From Longimicrobiales bacterium (GTDB lineage Bacteria; Gemmatimonadota; Gemmatimonadetes; Longimicrobiales; Gaopeijiaceae): a stretch of 64,000 bases of DNA. Made by a program: the position numbers and the translations under genes. The stretch is from NCBI GenBank assembly GCA_965238005.1, contig OZ250165.1, forward strand, positions 64,001 through 128,000. The letters are read 5' to 3'. Each line of letters opens with the position of its first letter. The stretch's first letter is position 1. Below the pieces are notes generated by a model. The model did not search any database and was not told where the DNA came from. It saw nothing but the letters and a program-made list of their open reading frames with translations. Positions 47,648 through 57,106 of the stretch are shown one piece after another.

Positions 47648-47974
47648 TTGCCCCGTTCCCCACTCACCCGCATTCTTCCCGAGTTACGCTGGCCATTGAA
47701 GGAGTCTGGTAGAGTGCGTGGCTTCTTGCCTGCTGGGCAGACCGAACTAAACATCCTCGTCGTTGGCGCAGGAATCGGTGCCGCCATCGGACTTCCGAAG
47801 GCGGGTCTGACCGGGCTTCTGGTCGGTGCCGTTCTCGGCTCTGGCGTGATGTTTCTACTGCTCTTCGGCTTCATCGGTGTCTGGGTTGAGTGGGTGGTGG
47901 CGCGCTTGATGACCGTTGTCACTCGCCGGGGCCACCAATCACCTGATGAAGATGCGGCGCACCCTGACGACTGA
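47648..47974 (+). CDS. Small hypothetical membrane protein
   Basis: Two or three hydrophobic Gly-rich segments; start uncertain. Confidence 0.4.
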   Translation: MPRSPLTRILPELRWPLKESGRVRGFLPAGQTELNILVVGAGIGAAIGLPKAGLTGLLVGAVLGSGVMFLLLFGFIGVWVEWVVARLMTVVTRRGHQSPDEDAAHPDD

Positions 47975-48135
47975 GGCTGGCCAGATCAACACTGCTAGAT
48001 ACCTAGTCGAATGAGGTGTGTGCAAGAACGGATGCAGAAAGGGTGCGAAACCCATGCTTCGAGCTTCGCACCCCATGCCATGAAAGCCGCTTAGTTACGC
48101 CAGATCTGCCAAAAGCGGCCCCCAGCGGAGCAGGC

Positions 48136-48175
48136 GTGTAAACCAGGCGCTCTGAACCAACTGAGCTAACCGCCC
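48136..48175 (-). pseudogene. 5' half of tRNA-Val (TAC), broken after the anticodon loop
   Basis: GGGCGGTTAGCTCAGTTGGTTCAGAGCGCCTGG-TTTACAC; the expected CCAGG, T arm and 3' acceptor strand are absent. Confidence 0.85.
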
Positions 48176-48371
48176 GTAGGGCCTGAAAACCCAACACCGC
48201 CGCCCCTGGGGTGGCAGACGACGACGACGTCGTCCACGCACCCATCGATCAGGCTCCCCTCAGGGCGCACTTCGGCGTGCGCAGGTCACCACAAAACGGG
48301 TAGCGCCCGGCCGGCCGCCAGCGCATCTTCAAGGTTTGTAAGGCATCCGCGAGCACAACCCGAGATCTGTC

Positions 48372-49727
48372 ATGGAAACTCTGAAGTCCTACAACCCGGC
48401 CAACGGCGAGCTGTTCGGCGAAGTCCCAGTCACTTCCGCGGACGACATCCCCGCAGTCGTGGACCGCGCGCGTGCAGCCCAGCCGGCGTGGGAGGCCCTG
48501 GGCCACGATGGGCGGGCCCGCCTATTGGCAAAGGCCGCCGAGACGTTCGCCGAGCGAGCCGAAGACCTGGGAAGGCTCATCACGGAGGAGATGGGTAAGC
48601 CCCTGGCCGAGGGGATCGGAGAGGCCAAGTCTCTGGCCTCGGTGCAAGAAGAGCTGGAGGAGATCGGTGAAGCCCTCGCCCCCGAGGTCTTCGATGACGG
48701 CCGGAACCACTCGACGGTGTACCACGACGCCCTCGGCGTGTGCGCGGCGATCACACCGTGGAACTTCCCCATGTCCATGCCCCACTGGATGGTGCTTCCG
48801 GCACTTGCCGCCGGCAACACGGTGATTCTCAAGCCATCGGAAGAGACCCCGCTGTGCGGTCAGGCATACGCCGACGTGCTCAACGCGGCGCTCCCGCCGG
48901 ACGTTCTCCAGGTGGTCCACGGAGCGGACGATCAGGGCAAGCGGCTCGTCGAGAGCGACGTGGACCTCATCGCCTTCACAGGCTCCCGGGAGACCGGCAA
49001 GCACATCCTCCGGTCGGCGAGCGGCGAGCTGAAGCGGGTGATCCTCGAGCTCGGCGGCAAGGATCCCATGGTGGTCCTGGAGAGCGCCGATCTCGAAAAG
49101 GCGGCCAAGTTCGCGGCGTGGAACAGCTTCCGGAACACCGGTCAGGTTTGTGTGAGCACAGAGAGGATATTCGTGCCGGACTCGGTGGCGGATCGCTTCG
49201 AGGCGCTCCTGGTGGAGGCCGGGGAGGCCATGAAACAGGGAGACGGTCTGGATGGGGGGATCAAGGTGGGTCCCATGGTCAACGCCCAACAGCGGGATCA
49301 CGTCCTCGAGCAGCTTGACGAAGCCATCGCCGAAGGCGCCAGGGTCCTCTCAGGCGGTTCAGGCCATCACGACAACTTCGTCACCCCCACCATCCTCACG
49401 GGTGTGAGAGAAGAGATGGCCATCGCCAAGGACGAAACGTTCGGGCCGGTGGCCTGTGTGACGCGTGTGGCGTCGGAGAAAGAAGCCATCGAAAAGGCCA
49501 ACTCCACCCACTTCGGGTTGGGCGCCGTCGTCTTCGGCGAGGACGACGAGCGGACGGCCCAGATAGCCCGCCAGCTCACGGCTGGGATGATCGGGATCAA
49601 CAGGGCCGCAGCAGGTGCGAGAGGCACACCCTGGGTGGGGGCCCGCCAGAGCGGCTACGGCTTCCACAAGTCCAAGGACGGGCACCGCCAGTTCACCCAG
49701 GTGCGGGTCGTCACGAAGCCTGCATGA
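48372..49727 (+). CDS. Aldehyde dehydrogenase family protein
   Basis: ITPWNFP, LKPSE, FTGS, LELGGKDP, NTGQVC, ETFGPV. Confidence 0.95.
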   Translation: METLKSYNPANGELFGEVPVTSADDIPAVVDRARAAQPAWEALGHDGRARLLAKAAETFAERAEDLGRLITEEMGKPLAEGIGEAKSLASVQEELEEIGEALAPEVFDDGRNHSTVYHDALGVCAAITPWNFPMSMPHWMVLPALAAGNTVILKPSEETPLCGQAYADVLNAALPPDVLQVVHGADDQGKRLVESDVDLIAFTGSRETGKHILRSASGELKRVILELGGKDPMVVLESADLEKAAKFAAWNSFRNTGQVCVSTERIFVPDSVADRFEALLVEAGEAMKQGDGLDGGIKVGPMVNAQQRDHVLEQLDEAIAEGARVLSGGSGHHDNFVTPTILTGVREEMAIAKDETFGPVACVTRVASEKEAIEKANSTHFGLGAVVFGEDDERTAQIARQLTAGMIGINRAAAGARGTPWVGARQSGYGFHKSKDGHRQFTQVRVVTKPA

Positions 49728-49868
49728 GGGGACCGCCGAGCCGGCGGCTCGACTGGACAACCTGCGCCCCCGAGCGAGCCCTAGTGTTCCGCTGCCAAAG
49801 TTCGCGAGCCACCAAGAGGGTCGGGGCGCCTCGGGATCAAGGCGGGACGACGCATCCGCCGCCGGATC

Positions 49869-50075
49869 CTACAGGATGATGGCCAGGGGCACGAGGAACA
49901 CATAGCCCACCACCAGGAGGATGGGCGCCCACGTGATGGAGCCCTGGGCGAGAAGCCAGTACGCGAACGTAATGGTGAGCAGGGCACCGACCGCGAAAGC
50001 GAGGTTGATCCCGGAGAACTGGAGGGACGCCTTCCCGACCCCTCCGCTCGATTTCGTGTCGTTCTTCTTGGCCAT
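49869..50075 (-). CDS. Small two-TM membrane protein (DUF3098-like)
   Basis: Basic N-terminus, two TM helices, SITWAPILLVVGY..P motif. Confidence 0.6.
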   Translation of the reverse strand: MAKKNDTKSSGGVGKASLQFSGINLAFAVGALLTITFAYWLLAQGSITWAPILLVVGYVFLVPLAIIL

Positions 50076-50203
50076 GACCACGATCCTATTCTCGCCAGAT
50101 CCTCGGGTCAACCGACTCATGGTCCTCGGGCGCCGCGCCGACGCAGCGGACGACTGACGGTGACGGCGATGCGCGAGGCCCACCAGACTTGTGTAGAGGT
50201 TCC

Positions 50204-51559
50204 CTAGAGGCCAAAGCGTTCTACGTAGCGGGCGAGGCGAGAGCGGGAGATCCCGAGCAGCCTGGCCGCTTCCGTCTTGTTTGCACCCGTGCTCTCCAGC
50301 ACCCGACGAATCTGACGCTCGATGGCTCCGTCCAGGGTCATGTCACCCTCTCTGGCGGGTGCCACCTGGGCCTTCGGCGGGCAACCATCCCCCGACAGAC
50401 CAAGGGCCAGATGCTCCGGACCCACGACAGAACCCCGCGCGACGATGGCGGCTCTGGTGAGAGCGTTTTCGAGCTCACGCACGTTGCCCGGCCAGTCGTA
50501 AGCCATCAGCTCTCCCATCGCCGTTCCCGAGATTCGTCGCACCTCACTGCCTGTCTCGTTGCGGATGCGGCCCAGGAGATGGTTAGCCAGCAGAGGGATG
50601 TCGTCCTTTCGATAACGCAGGCTCGGAACTTCGATCTCAACGACTCGTAGCCGGAAGTACAGATCCTCACGGAAGCCGCCCTCCGTCACCAGCTCTTCCA
50701 TGGGCTGGTGTGTGGCTGCAACCACCCTGGCCTCCGTCCGTTTCGCCTGCTCGCCTCCCACGGGATAGAACTGTCGCTCCTGGAGCACCCGTAGGAGCTT
50801 CGACTGGAAGTCGGGTGAGGTGTCGCCGATCTCGTCCAGGAAGATGGTCCCCCGCCCCGCCAGCTCGAAATAGCCCTTCCTCCCCCCGACCGCCCCCGTG
50901 AAGGCACCTCGCACGTGCCCGAACAGCTCCGACTCCAGCAGGGTGTCCGTCAGCGCCGTGCAGTTCACCGCGATGAAGGGCTCACTCGAGTGGAGCGAGT
51001 GGTCGTGAACGGCACGAGCCACCAGCTCCTTGCCCGTGCCGGTCTCGCCCCGAACGAGGACGGTGGCCCGGTTCCGCGAGAGGACACCGATCATCTTGTA
51101 GATCTCGATCATCCTCGGGTCACGGCCGACCACGGTGCCGGCCCCCACTCCGTCGGCCAACTCGGCCTCCGGCTCCTCTGCCCAGGCCCGGATCAGCTCC
51201 TGCTCAGCCAGGCAGCGCTCGACGACCGACTCGAGCTCCTTCAGGCCCACGGGCTTCACGAGGTAGTCGAACGCCCCGGACTTCATGGCCTCGACGGCCG
51301 AGGTCATGGAGTCGTGGCCCGTCATCACGATGACATCCACGCCGGTCATGGACTCTCGGATCCTGTTGAGGAGCTCCAGTCCGGTCATCCCGTCCATACG
51401 CACATCCGTGATGACCACGGCGGGATCGAACGCCTTGACCTTACCGAGGGCAGCCTCGGCACTCTCGGCTTCATCCAGCTCGTAGCCCGAATGCTCGAGC
51501 TTGGTCCTGAAGACCGAGCGGGTGTCGGCGTCGTCGTCGACGAGCAGGATACGAGACAA
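50204..51559 (-). CDS. Sigma-54-dependent response regulator (NtrC/AtoC family)
   Basis: Receiver ILLVDDD..TDVRM; GETGTGKE; ESELFGH.RGAFTGA; WPGNVREL; Fis-type HTH. Start TTG 51559. Confidence 0.93.
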   Translation of the reverse strand: MSRILLVDDDADTRSVFRTKLEHSGYELDEAESAEAALGKVKAFDPAVVITDVRMDGMTGLELLNRIRESMTGVDVIVMTGHDSMTSAVEAMKSGAFDYLVKPVGLKELESVVERCLAEQELIRAWAEEPEAELADGVGAGTVVGRDPRMIEIYKMIGVLSRNRATVLVRGETGTGKELVARAVHDHSLHSSEPFIAVNCTALTDTLLESELFGHVRGAFTGAVGGRKGYFELAGRGTIFLDEIGDTSPDFQSKLLRVLQERQFYPVGGEQAKRTEARVVAATHQPMEELVTEGGFREDLYFRLRVVEIEVPSLRYRKDDIPLLANHLLGRIRNETGSEVRRISGTAMGELMAYDWPGNVRELENALTRAAIVARGSVVGPEHLALGLSGDGCPPKAQVAPAREGDMTLDGAIERQIRRVLESTGANKTEAARLLGISRSRLARYVERFGL

Positions 51560-51596
51560 TGGTGTCCTCTTTGGTGCGTGGAGGCGTCGGATAGTC

Positions 51597-52556
51597 TTAC
51601 TCCGACCCGTCGGGGTCGGGTCCAAGCACGTCCGCGCCCGACGGGTCGTCGAGCCAGAAGCTCGGCTGGTCGGGAATGTCCTGAGCCCTTAGGCGAGCCA
51701 GGCGCTCTCGCCTGGCTCGCCTACGGATTCCCACCATGGCAACCAGAGCCAGGCTCAGGAACATCCAGAACACGGCCGAGTGGGAGAGGACGAACAGCCA
51801 GCCGTACCGGCCCTCGACATAACGCCGCCAGTCCTCCTCGAATTGAGCGGTAGTGACACCATAGGTGGATCGAAACGCCCGCTCGAAGTTGCCGGCTTCC
51901 TTCCACCGCCTGAGCAAGACCTCCAGCGCACGGGGGCTGCTCTGCACGACCAGGTACTCGATGGTCGTGGCGGAAAGGAGGTAGGCCGTCTGGGCCCTCG
52001 CCGGGTCCCGGGGCCACGAGAGATCGAGAGAGTCCAGCGGGTTCCGGTCCCTGGCCAGGGCCACCCTGAGCTTCCAGCCCTCCGACCAGTCCCACCCGCC
52101 ACTGGCCCACTGGGCATAGCCCTCGGAGAACCATCGGGGTACGCGGAGCCCCTGCAGGTACTGGTGCAGGCCGATGTGCGCCCACTCGTGGCGGAGAACC
52201 TGGGTGTCGCTCCAGCCGCGCCCCCGTGCGGACACGTAGGCTGGCATGACGATGGTCGCTTGGGCCGGGAGGGCGACCCCCGCACCCCAGTCGGGGACCT
52301 GCCCACCCGTGAGTCGCTCGAACGCGGACTCATCGGGTGCCAGGAGCACGAGAACCCCGGTGGGCACGTCGGGTGGAAGCCCCGGCAATGAGGGAGGAGC
52401 CTCCAAAGCCGCGAGCACGCGCACCGCTTTGCCCGAGTCGGGCGCCATGAAGTAGACGGTGGCGTGGGTTCCCTCGAGTTGGCCGCCACCGGCGAGCGTC
52501 TGTCTGAGAGGGTCCTGCCCGATCCCGAGGAGTAGGACCAGGAGCCCGGGAATCAC
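51597..52556 (-). CDS. Membrane-anchored zinc metallopeptidase (peptidase MA-like)
   Basis: Signal sequence, LRHEWAH (HEXXH), PRWFSEG, C-terminal TM; GTGA overlap with the upstream gene. Confidence 0.8.
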   Translation of the reverse strand: MIPGLLVLLLGIGQDPLRQTLAGGGQLEGTHATVYFMAPDSGKAVRVLAALEAPPSLPGLPPDVPTGVLVLLAPDESAFERLTGGQVPDWGAGVALPAQATIVMPAYVSARGRGWSDTQVLRHEWAHIGLHQYLQGLRVPRWFSEGYAQWASGGWDWSEGWKLRVALARDRNPLDSLDLSWPRDPARAQTAYLLSATTIEYLVVQSSPRALEVLLRRWKEAGNFERAFRSTYGVTTAQFEEDWRRYVEGRYGWLFVLSHSAVFWMFLSLALVAMVGIRRRARRERLARLRAQDIPDQPSFWLDDPSGADVLGPDPDGSE

Positions 52557-54181
52557 GCGCCGGCGGACGCTCCGAGCTGGTCGAGCTTGCTCTGAAGCGT
52601 GTGGTTCTCCGGGTTGAGCTCCAAGGCACGCCGCCACATGGCCCCTGCCTCGGCAGTCTCGGAGTTCTCGAGCGCGATGGCCCCGAGCTTGATGTAGACA
52701 TCGTCTCCGAGGCGCGGGTCCGCCTTCACCGCAAGCTCGTACTGAGTCTTCGCCCGTGCCTTGTCTCCGCGGCGGAGGGCCTGGTCACCCAGCGCCTTGT
52801 GTGCCTGTGGCACCACCGGCTTCCGCTTGATAGCCCGCTCGTAGTAGGCCTCGGCCGCCTCTTTCTCTCCACGGTGCTCCAGCACGGCCCCGGTGTTGAC
52901 CAGGATCGCCCCGTCATCGGGGTATTGTTTCAGCCCCTCGCGACCGATCTCCACGGCGCGGTCCATGTCGCCGGCGATGCCGGCCGCCAGCACCGAGAAG
53001 GCGAAGAACATGGGCGACAGGGTCCCCGACAGGGTCCCCTCTCCGACCTTGTCCTGATAGCCCTTGAAAGAGCCCATGGCGGCGGCTCCGTCACCGGACT
53101 TCAACTTCACGATTCCGCGGGCAAGAAGAAGGCCGGGATCGTCCGCGTTCAGCTTCTCGGCCTCCGCGAGGGCGGCGAGCGCCTCGTCGTAACTCCCGAT
53201 AATCTCGAGCGCCAGTGCGCGGTTGCGGTGCAGGGCGTACGTCATCTCCGCAGCCTCGCCCATCTCGTCGAAGTGCACGCTGGCTTCCTGCGCCCGACCC
53301 GCTTTCAGGCTGATGAGGCCGAGGTAAGCCCGAGCCTGCGGATGGTTGGCATCCAGCTCGAGGGTCTTCCTGAACTCCCGAATGGAGTCCTCCATCAGCC
53401 CGGACCGGTAGAACGCCAAGCCGAGGTTCAGGTGCTCCTCCACGGAGCCTTTGGCCTGCGACTCCGCGGCCCGCTTGCCGACTTGGACGGCGAAGCCCGC
53501 TTGTATGAGCCCGTACAGCGCTTTACCCGTGTCGAACTCCACCAACCCGGACTGGTCCACGAGATCGGTCACCGAGCGCTTTCCGTCGATGAGCGGAATG
53601 ATCCGCTGCTGTGCTTCCGTGAGGTCGATCCCTTCCTCCTCCAGGGGGTCCCGCTCCAGGCCGAAGACCAGGTCCATGGACGAGATCTTCCTTTCGATGA
53701 GGCTCCATTCGTCGACGCGACGGGCTCCCTCCATCAGGAGAGCGTCGATGCTGATGGACACCAGCATCAGGTTCTCCTCCGGCCTGACGTCGGGCTGGAA
53801 CTGGAAGGTGCCCTGGTTCCACTGGAAGACTTGGTAGACGGCCTCTTCGATCTGTATGGAGATGTACTTGTCGAGATCCTCTTGAGAGAGGGCTCCACTC
53901 TCCACCAGCAGCTCGCCCAGCTTCTTCCCCCGTTCGTGGGCCTGCGTATCCATGGCCGCCGAGAGCTGATCCCGGTCGATTACCTCGTTCTTCACCAGGA
54001 GATCGCCGAGGCGGTCCGGGCGGTTCACCATGGACGCGTAGACGACCCGACCGTCCTCGAAGTAGATGTGGCCGAAGTTGGCTTGGTCCGTCAGTGACAG
54101 GCAGCCCGTCTTTCCCCCCATGGCCAGAAGCTGGGAGATGTCGGCCAAGCTGACGTCTTTGAGAGAGCCTTCGATCGCCAT
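52553..54181 (-). CDS. DUF4388-domain TPR protein
   Basis: MAIEGSLKDVSLADISQLL..KTGCL, RLGDLL, WNQGTFQF, LLMEGARRVDEW, then multiple TPRs. Confidence 0.85.
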   Translation of the reverse strand: MAIEGSLKDVSLADISQLLAMGGKTGCLSLTDQANFGHIYFEDGRVVYASMVNRPDRLGDLLVKNEVIDRDQLSAAMDTQAHERGKKLGELLVESGALSQEDLDKYISIQIEEAVYQVFQWNQGTFQFQPDVRPEENLMLVSISIDALLMEGARRVDEWSLIERKISSMDLVFGLERDPLEEEGIDLTEAQQRIIPLIDGKRSVTDLVDQSGLVEFDTGKALYGLIQAGFAVQVGKRAAESQAKGSVEEHLNLGLAFYRSGLMEDSIREFRKTLELDANHPQARAYLGLISLKAGRAQEASVHFDEMGEAAEMTYALHRNRALALEIIGSYDEALAALAEAEKLNADDPGLLLARGIVKLKSGDGAAAMGSFKGYQDKVGEGTLSGTLSPMFFAFSVLAAGIAGDMDRAVEIGREGLKQYPDDGAILVNTGAVLEHRGEKEAAEAYYERAIKRKPVVPQAHKALGDQALRRGDKARAKTQYELAVKADPRLGDDVYIKLGAIALENSETAEAGAMWRRALELNPENHTLQSKLDQLGASAGA

Positions 54182-54187
54182 ACTGTC

Positions 54188-55345
54188 TTACGCTTCCTCT
54201 TCGACTTCCACGATGCGGTCCTCGATGACCGCCCAGTCCCAGACCACGTTTTCCCTCGATGGTTGCCACGGAGTACCCGGATCGACGGTCGCTGGCGCCA
54301 CCGGCGCCGCCTCCTGTGGCTCGGCCATAGGCCCCTCGTGCTCCATGATGATCATGCCGCCCCGATCACCCATGTCGAGCTCCTCGAGGGGGGGCACGAC
54401 CACTTCGCCGACCTTGGGCCGAAGGAACCCGGACCACAGGTCCTCGTCCTGGATGTACTCCGGCGGTGCCTCCTCGAGGTTCAGCGTCTCCGCTCCGGGC
54501 GGTAGCGACTCGGGCGTCGCCTCCACCACTAGACCCATCTCGAAGCGGGAGCTCAGGCGATCGTCGATACCGCTGATCCCCGAGGGCTCCCGATCCGCCG
54601 TAATGAGGATCTTGGCTCCCTTCCGCTTGGACGCCTCGAACAGGTGGAAGAACTCGTCCTGAGCCCGCTCTGTGTCGGAGAGTTCCTGGGCATCGTACAC
54701 CAGGAGGAGATCGACACCCCACCAGCGCTCTCTCCAGGCTCCCGCCACGCCCTCGGAGAGAGCCCGTATGAAGTCCTTCGAGAACTCTTGGGCGGATACG
54801 ATGGCGACGTTGCTGAGCTTGTCGTGCTCCCTGAACGACCGGGCCGTGGCAGCAAGCAAAGCCAAGGGGCCGTCAGGCTGTGGACTCCACAGGAACAGCG
54901 GGTTGTACTCCGGACGCTCTTCCGTGACCAGCTGCTCGGCGGCCTTAAGCGCCACGGCGGGGTAGTGGTCCGTCAGATCCTCCAGGAGGGGTCCCTCGCC
55001 GATCAGCGGGAAGGGACGTACTCGCTCCACTGCCGAAGCCAGCAGGGATTCGGCCTCATCCAGTCGTTCCGGGTCCTTCAAGAGGCCGACGGCGGCCTCC
55101 GGCCACGGATTCCCGACACGGTCGAGGGACTTGGCGATCTGGCGTAGCCGTGTGATGTCCCGCCGGAACTCATCGGCGACCGCCTGTGGATCGGGAGGCG
55201 ACTCGTCGGATTCGAGGAGGAACCGCAGCCGAGTCCCGGAGTAATCGTCTTTCTCGAAGGTCTCCGCCGTCTCCCTGAGCAACCTCCTCCACGGGGCCTC
55301 CTCTCGCTCCACCTTCGTGGCCACTGTCTGGCTCAGCTCCTCCAT
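54188..55345 (-). CDS. Degenerate DnaA-like AAA+ domain protein (probable C-terminal half of the upstream gene)
   Basis: YNPLFLW, degenerate Walker A and B, AQDEFFHLF, TADREP, DDRLSSRFEMGL. Confidence 0.7.
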   Translation of the reverse strand: MEELSQTVATKVEREEAPWRRLLRETAETFEKDDYSGTRLRFLLESDESPPDPQAVADEFRRDITRLRQIAKSLDRVGNPWPEAAVGLLKDPERLDEAESLLASAVERVRPFPLIGEGPLLEDLTDHYPAVALKAAEQLVTEERPEYNPLFLWSPQPDGPLALLAATARSFREHDKLSNVAIVSAQEFSKDFIRALSEGVAGAWRERWWGVDLLLVYDAQELSDTERAQDEFFHLFEASKRKGAKILITADREPSGISGIDDRLSSRFEMGLVVEATPESLPPGAETLNLEEAPPEYIQDEDLWSGFLRPKVGEVVVPPLEELDMGDRGGMIIMEHEGPMAEPQEAAPVAPATVDPGTPWQPSRENVVWDWAVIEDRIVEVEEEA

Positions 55346-56121
55346 GAACGAGCCGAACTCGTCCAGGAGCTGCTGGAGCCCTCACTCGCCGGCTCAGTCT
55401 GATGAAGGCCCGGCATGCCCTTGACTTCCTCGACCGTGACTTGCCGGCCCTCGAGCTCCTGGATCGCCAGCACCTTGTTCAGGGCGCCGGCGAGCTCACG
55501 GACGCTCTTGAAGCTGTACTTGGCCAGCGCCTCGGCCACCCCGGCCTCAAAGGTCTGACCACGCTCCTCCGCCTTCTTCCTGAGGATCGCGACCCTGGTT
55601 TCGTACTCCGGAGCCCCGATGTCGACGATCAAGCCCCCGGAGAACCGTGTGACCAGACGCTCGTCGAGACCGTCGATGTCCGAGGGTGGGCGATCGCTGG
55701 CCAGGACGATCTGGCCGCCGGATGCGCTGAGCTGGTCGAGGAGGCGCAGGAGCATCTCCTGAGCTTCCTTCTGTCCGGTGAGGAACTGCACGTCGTCGAG
55801 GAGCAGGATGTGAAGCTCCTCGTACCGCTCCCTCAGCTCGTCCTGAGCGCCCGCCTCGAGGGCCCGCGTCAACTCGTCGAGAAAGACCTCGACGGCCAGG
55901 TAGACCACGCCGTACTCCGGGTGGACCCTGGTGGCGTAATGGGCTATACCGCTGAGAATGTGGCTCTTGCCGAGGCCAGAACCGGAATAGATGAACAGTG
56001 GATTGTACGATGTCCCGGGAGCGTCGGCTGCCCGCCGCGCTGCTGCAGACGCGAGCCGATTCGCAGGGCCCACCACGAAGCTGTCGAAGGTGAACCTCGG
56101 ATCCAGATCCGTCGCTACCAC
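55333..56121 (-). CDS. DnaA/Hda-like AAA+ ATPase domain protein (no DNA-binding domain IV)
   Basis: FTFDSFVVGPAN, YNPLFIYSGSGLGKSH, LLDDVQF, SDRPP, RLVTRFSGGL, SVRELAGAL. Confidence 0.85.
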   Translation of the reverse strand: MVATDLDPRFTFDSFVVGPANRLASAAARRAADAPGTSYNPLFIYSGSGLGKSHILSGIAHYATRVHPEYGVVYLAVEVFLDELTRALEAGAQDELRERYEELHILLLDDVQFLTGQKEAQEMLLRLLDQLSASGGQIVLASDRPPSDIDGLDERLVTRFSGGLIVDIGAPEYETRVAILRKKAEERGQTFEAGVAEALAKYSFKSVRELAGALNKVLAIQELEGRQVTVEEVKGMPGLHQTEPASEGSSSSWTSSARSWRS

Positions 56122-56140
56122 CGGCTCATACCTGCCTCGC

Positions 56141-57106
56141 TCATAGTCCCTCTTCCGATCGTGCCCACTCGGCGCACGAGCTCAAGTCCTCTGGGAGCGG
56201 TGCCTCGAAGCGAAGCATCTCCTCGCTGACCGGATGTCGGAAGGAGAGCCGCCACGCGTGTAAGAACTGTCTCGATACCCGCTCGCTCAGCAATTGGGCC
56301 CAACGGCGCCCTCTTCCACCCATCCCTCGCTCCCAACCCACTCCGTACACGGGATCCCCGACAACGGGATGCCCGATGTGGGCAAGGTGAACCCTGATCT
56401 GGTGTGTCCTGCCTGTCTCGAGCGCGACCTCCAAGAGCTCCGCACCCGGCCAACGCTCGACAACCCGAAAGCGGGTGACTGCATGCCGCCCGCCTTCCAG
56501 AACCGCCATGCGCTGCCGGTTGGCCCGATCCCGGCCCACCGGCGCCTCCACCTCGAGCGGCGACTCGGAGAGATGCCCCCAGGAAGCCGCTTGATAGAGA
56601 CGGTTAATCTCACGCCGTTGGAGCGCTTCGGAAAGGGCATGATGTGCACGGTCGGTCTTGGCCACCACCATGAGTCCCGACGTGTCCTTGTCCAGGCGGT
56701 GAACAATGCCCGGCCGGAGCTTTCCACCGATGCCGGAGAGGTCGGTGGCGTGGGCCAACAGGGCATTGACCAACGTGCCTGTCGAGTGTCCCGGGCTGGG
56801 ATGAACCACCATCCCGGCCGACTTGTTCACCACCAGCACCGATGGGTCCTCGAAGAAGATGTCGAGAGGAATGTCCTCGGGCTCAACCGTCAACGGCTCG
56901 GGCACCGGTACGTGAACCTCGATCTCCTGGCCGACCTCGAGCCGCTCCGACTTCCGGGCCACCTGGCCATTCAGGAGTACGCGCCCGTCCTCGACCAGCG
57001 CCTGCACCCGGGTCCGCGACAGGTCCAGATGACCCGCCACGTACGCGTCGAGCCGATCGCCTTCCCGATCTACGGTCAAGATCTCGATGCGCTCCTCGGC
57101 GGTCAT
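56141..57106 (-). CDS. rluD: RluA-family pseudouridine synthase
   Basis: S4 domain, VNKSAGMVVHP, RPGIVHRLDKDTSG, TGRTHQIRVH. Confidence 0.93.
   Translation of the reverse strand: MTAEERIEILTVDREGDRLDAYVAGHLDLSRTRVQALVEDGRVLLNGQVARKSERLEVGQEIEVHVPVPEPLTVEPEDIPLDIFFEDPSVLVVNKSAGMVVHPSPGHSTGTLVNALLAHATDLSGIGGKLRPGIVHRLDKDTSGLMVVAKTDRAHHALSEALQRREINRLYQAASWGHLSESPLEVEAPVGRDRANRQRMAVLEGGRHAVTRFRVVERWPGAELLEVALETGRTHQIRVHLAHIGHPVVGDPVYGVGWERGMGGRGRRWAQLLSERVSRQFLHAWRLSFRHPVSEEMLRFEAPLPEDLSSCAEWARSEEGL

Noticed and set aside
48000..48135. Group I intron inside tRNA-Val(TAC)
   Set aside because: The break follows a C after loop position 38 rather than a U at a known insertion site, and no intron core or 3' exon was found.
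55333..56121. Chromosomal replication initiator dnaA and nearby oriC
   Set aside because: No domain I or IV, no dnaN/recF/gyrB neighbours, and no cluster of TTATCCACA boxes seen.
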